A stretch of 64,000 bases of DNA from positions 77,955 through 141,954 of the forward strand of contig JAGVMA010000068.1 of NCBI GenBank assembly GCA_020054095.1, in the 5' to 3' direction. This DNA is from Bacteroidia bacterium (GTDB lineage Bacteria; Bacteroidota; Bacteroidia; JADZBD01). Both the position numbers and the translations under genes were made by a program. How positions within the stretch are numbered: position 1 is the stretch's first letter; the number at the start of each line of letters is the position of its first letter. Shown piece by piece: positions 18,601 through 27,148 of the stretch. Under the pieces are notes generated by a model. That model saw only the letters and a list, made by a program, of their open reading frames with translations. It was not told where the DNA came from and did not search any database.

Positions 18601-20682
18601 AGTTCACCTTGTTCGGTTCAAAATTCATCGGCAGTTACTATTACAGTAGTTCCAGGTCCAATAGGCGGAAGTGTTACTACAAGTTCAGCAGTATGTTCTG
18701 GGGCAAATAGCGGCACACTTAACTTGGTAGGAAACACAGGTACAATTACTGCTTGGGAATTTTCTACCGATGGCGGTATAACTTGGGTGCCTATTTCCAA
18801 TACTACTTCATCGCAAGGATATTTGAATTTAACGGTAACTACCATGTATCGTGCTCGTGTTACAAATAATATTTGTCCGCCTATTCCTTCAGCGGCTGCT
18901 ACAATTACCGTAACGCCACAAACCGTAGCTGGAAGTATTTCCGCTAATGCTACTGTTTGCACGGGTGCTAATAGTGGAACAATAACATTAACCGGAAATA
19001 CAGGCAGCGTTTTAGATTGGGAACAATCAATAGATAATGGTATAACTTGGACTACATTAACCAACACTACCACATCACAAACTTATACCAACTTAACGGT
19101 TACCACTTGGTATCATGCAATAATTCAAAACGGAGGCTGCTTAGTTGATACTACTAACAATGTAATTATTACTGTTGATCCGGCTACTGTTGCCGGTGCT
19201 ATTACCACAAGCGATACTGTTTGTTCGGGGAGTAATAATGGTACGCTTACTTTGGCAGGTCATGTAGGCTCTGTTATTCGTTGGGAATATTCAACCGATG
19301 GCGGTGTTACATGGTTGCCAATTTTTAACATAACTACCACACAGGTTTATAATAACCTTATGCAAACCACCATGTATCAGGCAATAGTGCAAAGTGGAGT
19401 GTGCTCGCAATTAGCAGCTACCGCAGCCACCATTACGGTGGATGCAATGCCAAATGCAGGAAACATAACATCTACCACCAATGCAGCTTGCGCAGGTGTA
19501 AACAATGGTGTTTTAACCACCACGGGCTATAGCGGCACAATAGCAGATTGGTTAATTTCTACCGATAATGGCATTACTTGGAACAGCACCGGAAATACAG
19601 ACGATACACTACAATTCGCGAATTTGAACGACACCACAATATGGATGGTGGTGGCTCAAAACGGAACTTGCCCTAATGATACATCGGCTGCAATAACTGT
19701 AATTATTTATCCTTTGCCGGTTACAGCATTTACAGCTAACGATACCTGCTTAGGCAATGTAACATTCTATACCAATACTTCATCGGTTGCTACAGGTTCT
19801 ATCACTAACAATTTCTGGGATTTTGGCGATAATACTTTCTCGCAAACAATTTCGCCTGCTCACACTTATAATCTGGCGGGTATTTACAGTGTGCTGTTAA
19901 CCGTTACTACTAACAATGGTTGTACTGATACAGCATTGGCAATGGTTACCATTCACGCATTGCCAAGTTCGGTAATAACATCAAGTAGTGGTTTGTTCAG
20001 CTTTTGTTTTGGCGATAGCATAACACTAAGCGCACCAAGCGGAGGTGTAGATTATTTGTGGAACACTACAGATACTGTTCAGTCAATTGTAGTTGATTCA
20101 TCGGGCACTTACAGCGTTATGGTTACTGATACCATTACAGGATGTACTTCTTCAACACAAGTTACAGTATTGGAACACCCGCAAATTGTGGTAACACTAA
20201 CTAACGATACAAGTATATCACTCGGAAGCACCATTGCTTTAATGGCTGGCGGAGGTAATGCTTATTCGTGGTTGCCATTAATTGTTACCGACCCTGCTTC
20301 ACCGATAACAAACGCCACACCTGTAACTAATACCACATTTACAGTTTATGTTACAGATGCCAACGGTTGTGTGGTGAGCGATTCGGTTGTGATTACCGTA
20401 GTAGAAGATTATAACTTCATCATCAGTAATTTAATGACACCAAATGGCGATGGATTTAACGATAACTTCTACATCAAAAACATTGAATACTATCCCGATA
20501 ATGAACTAAGTATTTTTAATCGTAATGGTCAGGAAGTATTTAAAACCGATTCGTATAAAAACAATTGGGACGGAAACTTTAGCGGTCAGGAATTACCTGA
20601 TGGCACTTATTACTACGTGCTAAAAATGGTAAAAGACAATAAAATATTTAAAGGATCAATCACCATACTTCGTAATAAATAA
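15616..20682 (+). CDS. giant T9SS type B sorting domain surface protein (1688 aa) with 14 tandem Asp-box repeats
   Basis: A signal peptide is followed by 14 repeats of 88 aa, a PKD-like domain (FWDFGDNTFS) and further Ig-like modules. The C-terminus NLMTPNGDGFNDNFYIKNIE...GTYYYVLK is the type B CTD. Confidence 0.9.
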   Translation: MKKIYSLLFLILSFFTAIAQDDVGVVSITSPVSGCNLSSTETVTISITNFGSTDLSGVPFDVQFQVDGGPATIETCTFGSFLPSTTAFFTFTGTANVSAFGAHTIDAATLMVIPIDVNNANNAGPQLAITNFQPTNGGSVTADATVCSGANSGTLTLAGEIGTVNQWEYSIDGGFTWIPIVNTSNSQTYTSLTVTTMYRAQVQNGLCTIANSSAATITVDSAPLGGAVTADATVCSGTNSGTLTLAGHSGTIVRWQSSIDNGVTWINIVNATTTQNYTNLTQTTWYRAEISSGVCPNVFSTIAVITVDPVSVGGWVTANATVCSGTNSGTLTLAGHTGTILRWEFSTDGGTTWNTISNTTTTQNYTNLTLTTMYRAVVQSGVCASANSAVATITVSSVSVGGAVTANATVCSGSNSGTLTLAGYSGTIVRWQSSTDNGVTWTNIVNLGTTQNYLNLTVTTWYRAEVQNAPCASAFSSFAIITVNPVSIGGTVNSNATACSGSNSGTLTLTGHTGTVVRWEFSIDGGSTWNSIVNATTSQTYSNLTQTTLYRAIVQSGVCAATQSSSATITVSPVSLGGTVTSNATVCSGSNSGTLTLSGHVGTILNWQFSTDGGLTWTNIVNTTTTQTYTNLTVTTMYRANVQSGVCPSAAASPATITVTPVSVGGTVSTSATVCAPTNSGTLTLAGHTGTIIRWEFSTDGGSTYIQISNNTTTQNFNNLLVTTMYRAVVQNSPCSLANSVPATITVTPASVGGTVSSSATVCSGINSGTLTLSGHLGSVTNWQQSTDGGVTWTNIVNTTTSHTYTNITVTTMYRAVVQNGGCATANSSAVTITVSPTSVGGAVTSNATVCASANSGVLTLAGHTGSVIRWEFSTDGGVTWNSISNTTTTQNYANLTATRMYRAVVQSSPCVSANSAAATITVSPATVGGTVTANATVCLGSNSGSVTLSGNVGAVLNWQQSTDGGVTWTNIVNTTTSQTYTNLITTTMYRAQVQSSPCSVQNSSAVTITVVPGPIGGSVTTSSAVCSGANSGTLNLVGNTGTITAWEFSTDGGITWVPISNTTSSQGYLNLTVTTMYRARVTNNICPPIPSAAATITVTPQTVAGSISANATVCTGANSGTITLTGNTGSVLDWEQSIDNGITWTTLTNTTTSQTYTNLTVTTWYHAIIQNGGCLVDTTNNVIITVDPATVAGAITTSDTVCSGSNNGTLTLAGHVGSVIRWEYSTDGGVTWLPIFNITTTQVYNNLMQTTMYQAIVQSGVCSQLAATAATITVDAMPNAGNITSTTNAACAGVNNGVLTTTGYSGTIADWLISTDNGITWNSTGNTDDTLQFANLNDTTIWMVVAQNGTCPNDTSAAITVIIYPLPVTAFTANDTCLGNVTFYTNTSSVATGSITNNFWDFGDNTFSQTISPAHTYNLAGIYSVLLTVTTNNGCTDTALAMVTIHALPSSVITSSSGLFSFCFGDSITLSAPSGGVDYLWNTTDTVQSIVVDSSGTYSVMVTDTITGCTSSTQVTVLEHPQIVVTLTNDTSISLGSTIALMAGGGNAYSWLPLIVTDPASPITNATPVTNTTFTVYVTDANGCVVSDSVVITVVEDYNFIISNLMTPNGDGFNDNFYIKNIEYYPDNELSIFNRNGQEVFKTDSYKNNWDGNFSGQELPDGTYYYVLKMVKDNKIFKGSITILRNK
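16021..19710 (+). repeat. 14 in-frame tandem coding repeats, 264-nt period
   Basis: The consensus is GG.VT.NATVCSG.NSGTLTLAGH.GT...W..S.DGG.TW..I.NTTT.Q.Y.NLT.TTMYRA.VQ...C....S..ATITV.P, repeated 14 times. The copies are diverged at the DNA level, not identical. Confidence 0.9.
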
Positions 20683-20704
20683 CCCGGTTTAACCCCAGAA
20701 ACTA

Positions 20705-22174
20705 ATGGCTATGAAGCACTATATATTATCAGCAATCGCACTTTTGATTTTAAATCAAGCACAGGCGCAGCAATTACCATTGTATAATCAATATTATGCA
20801 GTTCCGTTTATACAAAATCCTTCACTCACAGGTATCGAGGAAGATGCAAACCTTTCGTTAATTCATCGCTCAAGTTGGACCGATATACCGGGCGCACCCA
20901 CTACAAGTGTGTTAGCCCTCGATGGTCCAATTAAAGTGAAAAATATTGGCCTTGGCGGTGTCATCTTTAATGATGTTACAGATATAACTCAGCGCACCGG
21001 ATTCAGTTCGGCATACTCTTACAAGCTAAAAATTAATGACGATAATCATATTTATTTCGGTTTATCAATGGGTGTGTTTAATAATCGTATTGATTTTTCA
21101 AGAGCAATAGTGAATGATATTGACGACCCGTTTTTAATGCAGAATAACCGTAATAAAGCAGTTTTTGATGCAGGTTTTGGTTTAACCTATGAGTGGACAA
21201 AACTACAAATAGGTTTAGGTGCCAATCAATTAATAGGAAACCAAATAAAATACACACAATTGGAAAGCAACAGTACTTACACATTGGCTCGTCAATTTTA
21301 TGGTTCGGCAAAGTATGTATTCACAATTGTAAAAGATAAAGACATTACTGTTTACCCTTTGGCGGTAGTGAGATATACTGCTAAAACTCCATTACAATAT
21401 GATATTAACGCAGTACTCGACTGGAAAAAATACGGATGGTTTGGCGTTACTTATCGCAGTAATTATGCTTTAGGAATAAACCTTGGCGGCCGCATTAGCA
21501 CATCTTTACGTGCCGGATATTGTTACGAGTTAGCGGTAGGCAAAATAAAATCATACTCAGGCGGAACACATGAAATAATGCTTGGCTTCACCTTTGGAAA
21601 GAAAAATGATGTTCCTATAGTTGTTGACACTCAAAAAGAAAAAGAGCAAATGAAAATGGATATGGTGGTTGACAGCATGATACGCAAACTGAAAAACGAA
21701 AACCAAACAAACAAAAAAGAAATAGATGATTTAAAACAGCAGGTGGACGAATTGAAAAAGAAAACAGAGGAAATGAAAAATGCGCCCGTGAACAACAATA
21801 CTCCTGCTAACAATAATCCAACAAACAACGGCACAGGCGAGCCAAAGAAAGAAGCAAGTATTACGCCTAATTTAAACGACAGCACAGGCGCAATGCGCAT
21901 GAGTAGCGCTACCGATTTTACGGATGAAGAGGGTAAATTTGTTATTCCGAGCTATTATGTGATTGTTGGTGCGTTTAAAAGTAAAGAAGGTGCAGGCGAG
22001 AAAAAGAAGCAATACTTGCAGCGCGGATTCAATTTTACGCAGTTATTCTATAACGAAAAAAAGAAGCTTTATTATGTAGCAGTAATAGGCACTACTAATG
22101 AAGATGCTGCCAAGAAAGAGTTAGACGATGCAAAATACGGTACTCCGGATGCTTGGGTTTTTGTATTAAAATGA
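20705..22174 (+). CDS. PorP/SprF family T9SS membrane protein fused to a C-terminal SPOR domain
   Basis: The N-terminal part (QQLPLYNQYYAVPFIQNPSLTG...SWTDIPGAPTT) is PorP/SprF-like. It is followed by a charged coiled-coil and N/P-rich linker. The final ~75 aa (YYVIVGAFKSKEGAGEKKKQYLQRGF...YYVAVIGTTNEDAAKKELDDAK) fit the SPOR consensus. The gap after the type B cargo gene is 22 nt. ATG 20711 is an alternative start. Confidence 0.8.
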   Translation: MAMKHYILSAIALLILNQAQAQQLPLYNQYYAVPFIQNPSLTGIEEDANLSLIHRSSWTDIPGAPTTSVLALDGPIKVKNIGLGGVIFNDVTDITQRTGFSSAYSYKLKINDDNHIYFGLSMGVFNNRIDFSRAIVNDIDDPFLMQNNRNKAVFDAGFGLTYEWTKLQIGLGANQLIGNQIKYTQLESNSTYTLARQFYGSAKYVFTIVKDKDITVYPLAVVRYTAKTPLQYDINAVLDWKKYGWFGVTYRSNYALGINLGGRISTSLRAGYCYELAVGKIKSYSGGTHEIMLGFTFGKKNDVPIVVDTQKEKEQMKMDMVVDSMIRKLKNENQTNKKEIDDLKQQVDELKKKTEEMKNAPVNNNTPANNNPTNNGTGEPKKEASITPNLNDSTGAMRMSSATDFTDEEGKFVIPSYYVIVGAFKSKEGAGEKKKQYLQRGFNFTQLFYNEKKKLYYVAVIGTTNEDAAKKELDDAKYGTPDAWVFVLK

Positions 22175-22177
22175 TTT

Positions 22178-22207
22178 TTTGCAGTTTAAATGAAACTTGT
22201 ATCTTTG
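22178..22207 (+). promoter_or_regulatory. rpmE promoter (-33 TTTG / -7 TATCTTTG)
   Basis: TTTG at 22178-22181 is followed by an 18-nt spacer and TATCTTTG at 22200-22207. The leader to ATG 22236 is 28 nt. Confidence 0.55.
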
Positions 22208-22235
22208 CAGTCCTAAAAAATTAAAGTAAATAAAA

Positions 22236-22493
22236 ATGAAAAAAGGAATTCACCCGGAAGGATACAGATTAGTAGTGTTTAAAGACATCTCTAACGATTA
22301 TTCGTTCATCACTCGCTCCACAGCAATTACAAAAGATACTATTGTTCACACCGATGGCAAAGAGTATCCATTAGTTAAATTAGATATTTCGCACATGAGC
22401 CACCCATTTTACACCGGTAAAATTAAATTGGTTGATACAGCAGGCCGTGTGGATAAATTCCGTACTCGTTACGCTAAGAAAGAGCAGAAGTAA
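22236..22493 (+). CDS. rpmE: 50S ribosomal protein L31, type B
   Basis: [17 protein letters not shown]...HPFYTGK is L31. The CxxC zinc motif is absent, which indicates the type B form. Confidence 0.9.
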   Translation: MKKGIHPEGYRLVVFKDISNDYSFITRSTAITKDTIVHTDGKEYPLVKLDISHMSHPFYTGKIKLVDTAGRVDKFRTRYAKKEQK

Positions 22494-22514
22494 GCTGATT
22501 TATGTATTTTTTTT

Positions 22515-22545
22515 AAAAGCCCTTACAATTTGTAAGGGCTTTTTA
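22515..22545. terminator. bidirectional Rho-independent terminator
   Basis: The hairpin AAAAGCCCTTACA-att-TGTAAGGGCTTTT is flanked by A/T runs on both sides. It lies between the convergent rpmE gene and the lipoprotein gene. Confidence 0.75.
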
Positions 22546-22566
22546 ATTGTCTATATTTTTAAGGAA

Positions 22567-23565
22567 TTACTGAAAATTAAGCTGCGATGTAATAGAGCCA
22601 TTTCTAAGAGAATCCATAGAAACAGCATTAAGCATAACTCCCATAACACTATGGTTTAACCTGCTCGAAAACAAGCCAATTCCGCCACCAATATTAGTGT
22701 AAACCGGATTAGCACCAAATACAGCTTGCTGCGATTGCGACACATCCATATAGGTTGTGAATTCTTCGGCAGCAGCCGAATAACGAAATTCAAGAGAAGA
22801 AAATCTGCGAATTACATTATTGTTTACCGCTATTTTATTTGCAATACTGTTAAAGAAAGTGGTTGGTTCAATAGTTACTGAAAACTCTTCACCACCATCG
22901 AGTGATCCGGAGCGGCTGTTGCCATATACCATATCAATGTATTTATTTGCCACTTGTGTAGTATCGAATATAAACTGCTCTCTGTATTTGAAACGGAGCG
23001 TGAAATTGTATAAGCGGCCATTTTTGGCAGTTTTGTATTTAGTTTTAAAAGGAGAAATGGCTACCAAGTTTATACCTTGATTTTGCAAAGGAACTGTTAC
23101 TGAAATTGGCCCTATGATTACAGTTTGCGATGTAATTATTTTTCCGCTTTCGCTATTAAGAATGTTTAATTTATAGGTGCTTCCATCTTGCAATACCGGC
23201 ATATTTGTACGATACAAAAGTTGTTTTGGAGCAGAGAAAATGCCTTCATTCTTTGGTTTTAGAGTATCATAGCTAAGTATGTATGGCTGCCCCACAGGCG
23301 AACCATTTAAGTAGCGCTGTATATTCACCGTTATTTTTGATACTGAATAATAAAGCGAATCATACTCTGCTGCCATTTCGTAAGCGCTTATTTCACCTAA
23401 AAATGCTTTACCTATTCTGATGTATTGAATTGTATCTGCCGGATTAAGCAAACCGTAAACTGTAGTATTATCTGTGTAGTCAGAGTTTACTTCAAAATCG
23501 TTGCTGCACGAGTTGTAGAAAAGTGCAACTACAACTACTAAAACTGATAAGAATATTTTTTTCAC
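22567..23565 (-). CDS. hypothetical lipoprotein
   Basis: There is a signal peptide with a lipobox-like LFYNSC. The start codon is GTG. I recognised no catalytic motif. It may be DUF4249-like, but that is unverified. Confidence 0.5.
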   Translation of the reverse strand: MKKIFLSVLVVVVALFYNSCSNDFEVNSDYTDNTTVYGLLNPADTIQYIRIGKAFLGEISAYEMAAEYDSLYYSVSKITVNIQRYLNGSPVGQPYILSYDTLKPKNEGIFSAPKQLLYRTNMPVLQDGSTYKLNILNSESGKIITSQTVIIGPISVTVPLQNQGINLVAISPFKTKYKTAKNGRLYNFTLRFKYREQFIFDTTQVANKYIDMVYGNSRSGSLDGGEEFSVTIEPTTFFNSIANKIAVNNNVIRRFSSLEFRYSAAAEEFTTYMDVSQSQQAVFGANPVYTNIGGGIGLFSSRLNHSVMGVMLNAVSMDSLRNGSITSQLNFQ

Positions 23566-23632
23566 TTGTTAAAAATTTATCGTTTTTGGGGACGACAAAG
23601 CAAAACTACTATTATTATCTTAATATAAAAAC

Positions 23633-23664
23633 AAAACAGGGGGCAAATTGTGCCCCCTGTTTTT
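23633..23664 (-). terminator. Rho-independent terminator after the barrel/Ig-repeat gene
   Basis: A GC-rich stem (ACAGGGGGCA / TGCCCCCTGT) with a 5-nt loop is followed by a T-rich tail on the minus strand. Confidence 0.75.
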
Positions 23665-23683
23665 ATAAAATGATTTAGTTTTT

Positions 23684-26600
23684 TTAATTACCGCCATCTT
23701 TTGTTCCACCTTTCTTAGGTGTTTGAGGTGTAGGTGTTGGCAATTGTTCCGGAGTTTTAGGTGTTGGCGTAGTGCCACCTTTTTTCACTTCCTCTTTGGG
23801 CTTCTGCACAGGTGTTTTGGGTGTTGGTTTTATTCCTCCTTGTTCTTTTGGCTTTTCTTGAGGCGTTTTAGGAATTGGCTTGGATCCTCCATTTTCTTGA
23901 GTTTTGTTATTTCCGTTATTAGGGTTGCTAATATTATTGTTGTTAGAACCGCCTTTAGTGCTACCAAAAGTAATAGTATAGCTTACAGCCGATGTTCCAC
24001 CTCCATTTGTAGCAGCAATTTTCACGGTGTTATTGCCATCCAAAAGTGTCACGTTGAAAGAAACAACTCCTGTTGTGCTGTTAAAACTAAAGTTAGGTAC
24101 ATTATTACCATTCACAGTTACTTTTATTTGTTGCTGTGTAACATGCGTGGTTTTTACACTCACGGTTATGTTTCTAGCAGCAGAAGTATAATTAGCATTG
24201 TTCGGGTTGATGAAAGTCACTTCGGGTTGTGGGTCAATGGCGTTACCGCTTTGTCCGCAATTGTACGATGCATTTGCAGTTGTGCTTCCATTTTGGTTAG
24301 TGGCGGTAATTTGCAATGGGTTTGCCACGTTTTGTTGCAGAATTAATACAGCAGTAATTTTTTGTTGGCCTGCATCGTAATTAAAGTTAACCGGATTGTT
24401 GCTCAACTTAACTGTTATATCGTTTTGTGAAGTAACATTAAGCACAGTTGCCACAAGTTGAACAATGCATTCACTGCCATTGTAATTACCCATCGGCTGT
24501 GTTATTGTAATTACTGGCTTAGGGCCTGTTTGTGGTGTATAATTAACTGTAATTGTTTTACTATCTGTACCATCATTATTAGTACCCGTTACTTTAACAG
24601 TATTAGCACCATTGTTTAACTGAGCATTAAAACTTAATGCTTTTGTAGTGCTGTTATAGTTAATGTTGGTTACAGGGCTATTGTTTACCAGTACAGTAAT
24701 TTGGTTAGATGTAACATTTATGACCGTAGCACTAACAGCTTGCGATGTGTTTTGTGAAATAGAATTATTAGCCGGGCTGAGAATTGTAACCTGTGGTGGT
24801 AACGATGTAGATTTCGGCTTATACTCAATGTTCTGCGATTTGCTATCTGAACCATTTTGGTTAGATGCACTCACTGTGGCAGTGTTAGATCCCACATTTA
24901 ACTGCGCAACAAACGATACAATTTTTGTTGTTGTGTTATAGTTAAAGTTGCTTACCGGGCTACCGTTAACATTAACTGATATTTCGTTTTGCGAATTAAC
25001 ATTTAAAACTGTTGCCGTAACATTCACCGTTTGAGCCAATGCCATGTGTGGGTTACCCGTAGGCGAAGTAATAGTTACAACCGGTGCAGGTTTTACTTCG
25101 TTATATAAAACCACTGTGCTTTTTGTATCAGTACCTAATTTATTTTTACCAATTACAGTAAATGTATTAGTGCCTTGGTGCAATGCATAGTTAAAAGACA
25201 CATCACCATTAGTGCTGTTAAAATTGAAAGTTGATATTCCGCCCATATCAGAAGTAATGGTGACATCGCTCTTGCTTTGCACATTTTTTACATTAGCGCT
25301 AATAACAATGTTTTGTTGTGCCGATGTATAAGGGCTTGTAGCCGGAGATGTAATTTTCACTATCGGTAAATTAGCATTGCCATTAGGATCAATAACCACA
25401 TTGTCTTTATAGATAAGCATGGTGCTTTTGGTATCAGTACCCGCTGTGTTTGCAACCGTAATTGTAAATGTGTTGTTGCCTTTAATCAACATAGCTGGGA
25501 AAGTTACAGTGCCCGTAGGCGCATCAAACGAGTAGCCGGTGTAATTTGCCGAATTGTAAGTAACCGTAATTTGACTTTTGCTCGAAACATTAGTTGTTTG
25601 AGCTGTTATAGTGTAAGAGTTATTGCTTGTCGTGTATGGATTTTGCTGTGGCGCAGTAATTAAAACATAAGGTCTTAAATCTTGCGGTGGTGGCGGTGGC
25701 ACGTTGTTTTGAACCACAATTGTAACTGATCCATTATCGCTGCCATGAATAGTGCTTGCATTAATTGCCACATTATTATTGCCCGGCATGAGCATTACAT
25801 TTATGCTTATTGCTTTTGTATAAGAATCAAAACTAAAGTTATTATATGGGTAGCCGTTTACTGAAACCTGAATATCATTACGGTTAGTTACATTGTAAAC
25901 ATATCCGGTAACGGTGCCGCTTGCATTATTAGTATAGAACGGATTTGCATTTGGTGATGTGATAACCACATTCGGTCTTAAATTTTGTGGTGGCGGAGGC
26001 GGTGGTGGATTATTGTTATTATTGTTATTATTGTTATTGTTGTTATTGTTATTGTTATTGTTTGTGTTATTGTTGTTATTGTTTGTGTTATTGTTGTTAT
26101 TGTTTGTGTTATTGTTGTTATTGTTATTGTTATTGTTTGTGTTATTGCTGTTATTGTTAGTATATGTATTATAGTCGGTTTGTGTGTTTGTAGTGGTTCT
26201 GCCGGTAGCTCTGCCACCTATCCACCAGCGGATATAAAAGCTGGTATAATGTAGCCAGTCATTTTTTCCGCTTACTGTGTTCTTGCTTGTCCACTGTTGT
26301 CCATCAAGTAAATCATTCATTGGGAAAGTAATTTTGTGCTCAAATCCAATAGCTGTGTATTTTGTTACTTGATAACCTAAGCCAACACCCAATGTGGGCG
26401 AAAGTTTCCATTTCGGAGTTTTGCTACCTTCTGCATCACTTTCGTAAGTGTTATCGAGCATTGATGTGATATTAGATGCAGCGGTAGTTGTATTGCTGCT
26501 ATCTACAAGTGAATAATTGTATTGTTGGCCAAGCGCATCTAACTGGTTCGTGCGCGTGTGGGCGTATAGAAATCCGCCACCGCCAAAAACGTAAAACAAA

Positions 26601-27058
26601 ATTCCTGTTTTCTGGCGTAAGCGTTTTGCGCCCAACATAAATTCTAATGATAATTCTTGCGAATAGGTTTTGTAATTATTGTACGTGTAGCTTGTGCTAT
26701 CGGTATAATAATCTATGGCAGGGTTGTAACTACCGTTAAGTGCAAAGTTGTTTTTTAAACCATAATTTCGAGTATAGTCAAAACCATACGAGCGCCCCAT
26801 TAAATATCTGAATCTCCATCCAAAATCGAACGGACCATTGCCTTGTAATTTGTAGTATTTGCCTAATGTGGCGCCCCAGCCGAGCCCGGCTTTGTCTTTA
26901 GCAAAATCGTTATTGGTTTGCCAAGTGGCGCCTATGTTTAAACCAAAATTCCAGCCGCGGCCGGTGTATAAATTACTATTGGTTTGTTCCTGTGCTGTTA
27001 AATTTATTGCTGATACTAAAAATAGAATGAGTGCAATAGGGCGTAAAAATTGTTTCAT
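23684..27058 (-). CDS. 1124-aa secreted protein: N-terminal OM beta-barrel-like domain, poly-Asn/Pro linker, seven Ig-like repeats, Lys/Pro-rich tail
   Basis: ATG at 27058 (MKQFLRPIALILFLVSAINLTAQ signal peptide) is preferred over the track start at 27106. The layout was read directly from the translation. No T9SS CTD is present. Confidence 0.75.
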   Translation of the reverse strand: MKQFLRPIALILFLVSAINLTAQEQTNSNLYTGRGWNFGLNIGATWQTNNDFAKDKAGLGWGATLGKYYKLQGNGPFDFGWRFRYLMGRSYGFDYTRNYGLKNNFALNGSYNPAIDYYTDSTSYTYNNYKTYSQELSLEFMLGAKRLRQKTGILFYVFGGGGFLYAHTRTNQLDALGQQYNYSLVDSSNTTTAASNITSMLDNTYESDAEGSKTPKWKLSPTLGVGLGYQVTKYTAIGFEHKITFPMNDLLDGQQWTSKNTVSGKNDWLHYTSFYIRWWIGGRATGRTTTNTQTDYNTYTNNNSNNTNNNNNNNNNNTNNNNNNTNNNNNNTNNNNNNNNNNNNNNNNNNPPPPPPPQNLRPNVVITSPNANPFYTNNASGTVTGYVYNVTNRNDIQVSVNGYPYNNFSFDSYTKAISINVMLMPGNNNVAINASTIHGSDNGSVTIVVQNNVPPPPPQDLRPYVLITAPQQNPYTTSNNSYTITAQTTNVSSKSQITVTYNSANYTGYSFDAPTGTVTFPAMLIKGNNTFTITVANTAGTDTKSTMLIYKDNVVIDPNGNANLPIVKITSPATSPYTSAQQNIVISANVKNVQSKSDVTITSDMGGISTFNFNSTNGDVSFNYALHQGTNTFTVIGKNKLGTDTKSTVVLYNEVKPAPVVTITSPTGNPHMALAQTVNVTATVLNVNSQNEISVNVNGSPVSNFNYNTTTKIVSFVAQLNVGSNTATVSASNQNGSDSKSQNIEYKPKSTSLPPQVTILSPANNSISQNTSQAVSATVINVTSNQITVLVNNSPVTNINYNSTTKALSFNAQLNNGANTVKVTGTNNDGTDSKTITVNYTPQTGPKPVITITQPMGNYNGSECIVQLVATVLNVTSQNDITVKLSNNPVNFNYDAGQQKITAVLILQQNVANPLQITATNQNGSTTANASYNCGQSGNAIDPQPEVTFINPNNANYTSAARNITVSVKTTHVTQQQIKVTVNGNNVPNFSFNSTTGVVSFNVTLLDGNNTVKIAATNGGGTSAVSYTITFGSTKGGSNNNNISNPNNGNNKTQENGGSKPIPKTPQEKPKEQGGIKPTPKTPVQKPKEEVKKGGTTPTPKTPEQLPTPTPQTPKKGGTKDGGN
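26009..26165 (-). repeat. AAT/AAC-rich low-complexity coding tract (poly-Asn with interspersed Thr), including 3 perfect tandem 21-nt units at 26060-26122
   Basis: The plus strand reads (ATT/GTT)n. The unit GTTTGTGTTATTGTTGTTATT occurs three times head to tail. The tract is flanked by a poly-Pro run (about 25987-26008). Confidence 0.9.
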
Positions 27059-27118
27059 GTGGTGGTTTTTGTATTTTAATCTGACAATATGCAGTTTTCG
27101 TGCCAAAAATCAGTGCAG

Positions 27119-27148
27119 CAAAAGTAAGAAATCAGAAAGGATATCCAA
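27119..27148 (-). promoter_or_regulatory. candidate promoter of the barrel/Ig-repeat gene
   Basis: On the minus strand, TTG (27146-27148) is followed by a 19-nt spacer and TACTTTTG (27119-27126), about 55 nt upstream of ATG 27058. It overlaps the 3' end of the Omp85 gene. Confidence 0.45.

Noticed and set aside
16011-19073. Several minus-strand ORFs of 70-151 aa (16011-16340, 16971-17225, 18333-18545, 18618-19073) inside the giant repeat gene.
   Set aside because: They are antisense to a strongly supported 1688-aa coding frame. Their products are Val/Pro/Thr-rich mirror images of the repeats and recur with the repeat period, so they are an artefact of stop-poor antisense frames.
16021-19710. 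Highly periodic repetition that could be mistaken for a CRISPR-like or satellite array.
   Set aside because: The period is 264 nt with no short spacer/repeat alternation. All units are in one continuous open reading frame and conserved at the protein level, so this is a coding tandem domain array.
23723-24380. Plus-strand ORFs (207 aa and 60 aa) at the 3' end of the barrel/Ig-repeat gene, and a 207-aa ORF at 27100-27723 antisense to the Omp85 gene.
   Set aside because: They overlap well-supported genes on the other strand, have Cys/Arg/Phe-rich implausible compositions and contain no recognisable motifs.
25959-26254. ORFs encoding poly-Leu, poly-Ile/Val and poly-Thr/Ile peptides (25959-26174, 25985-26254, 25978-26217).
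   Set aside because: They are alternative-frame or opposite-strand readings of the (AAT/AAC)n poly-Asn tract of the 1124-aa gene. None has an independent start context.
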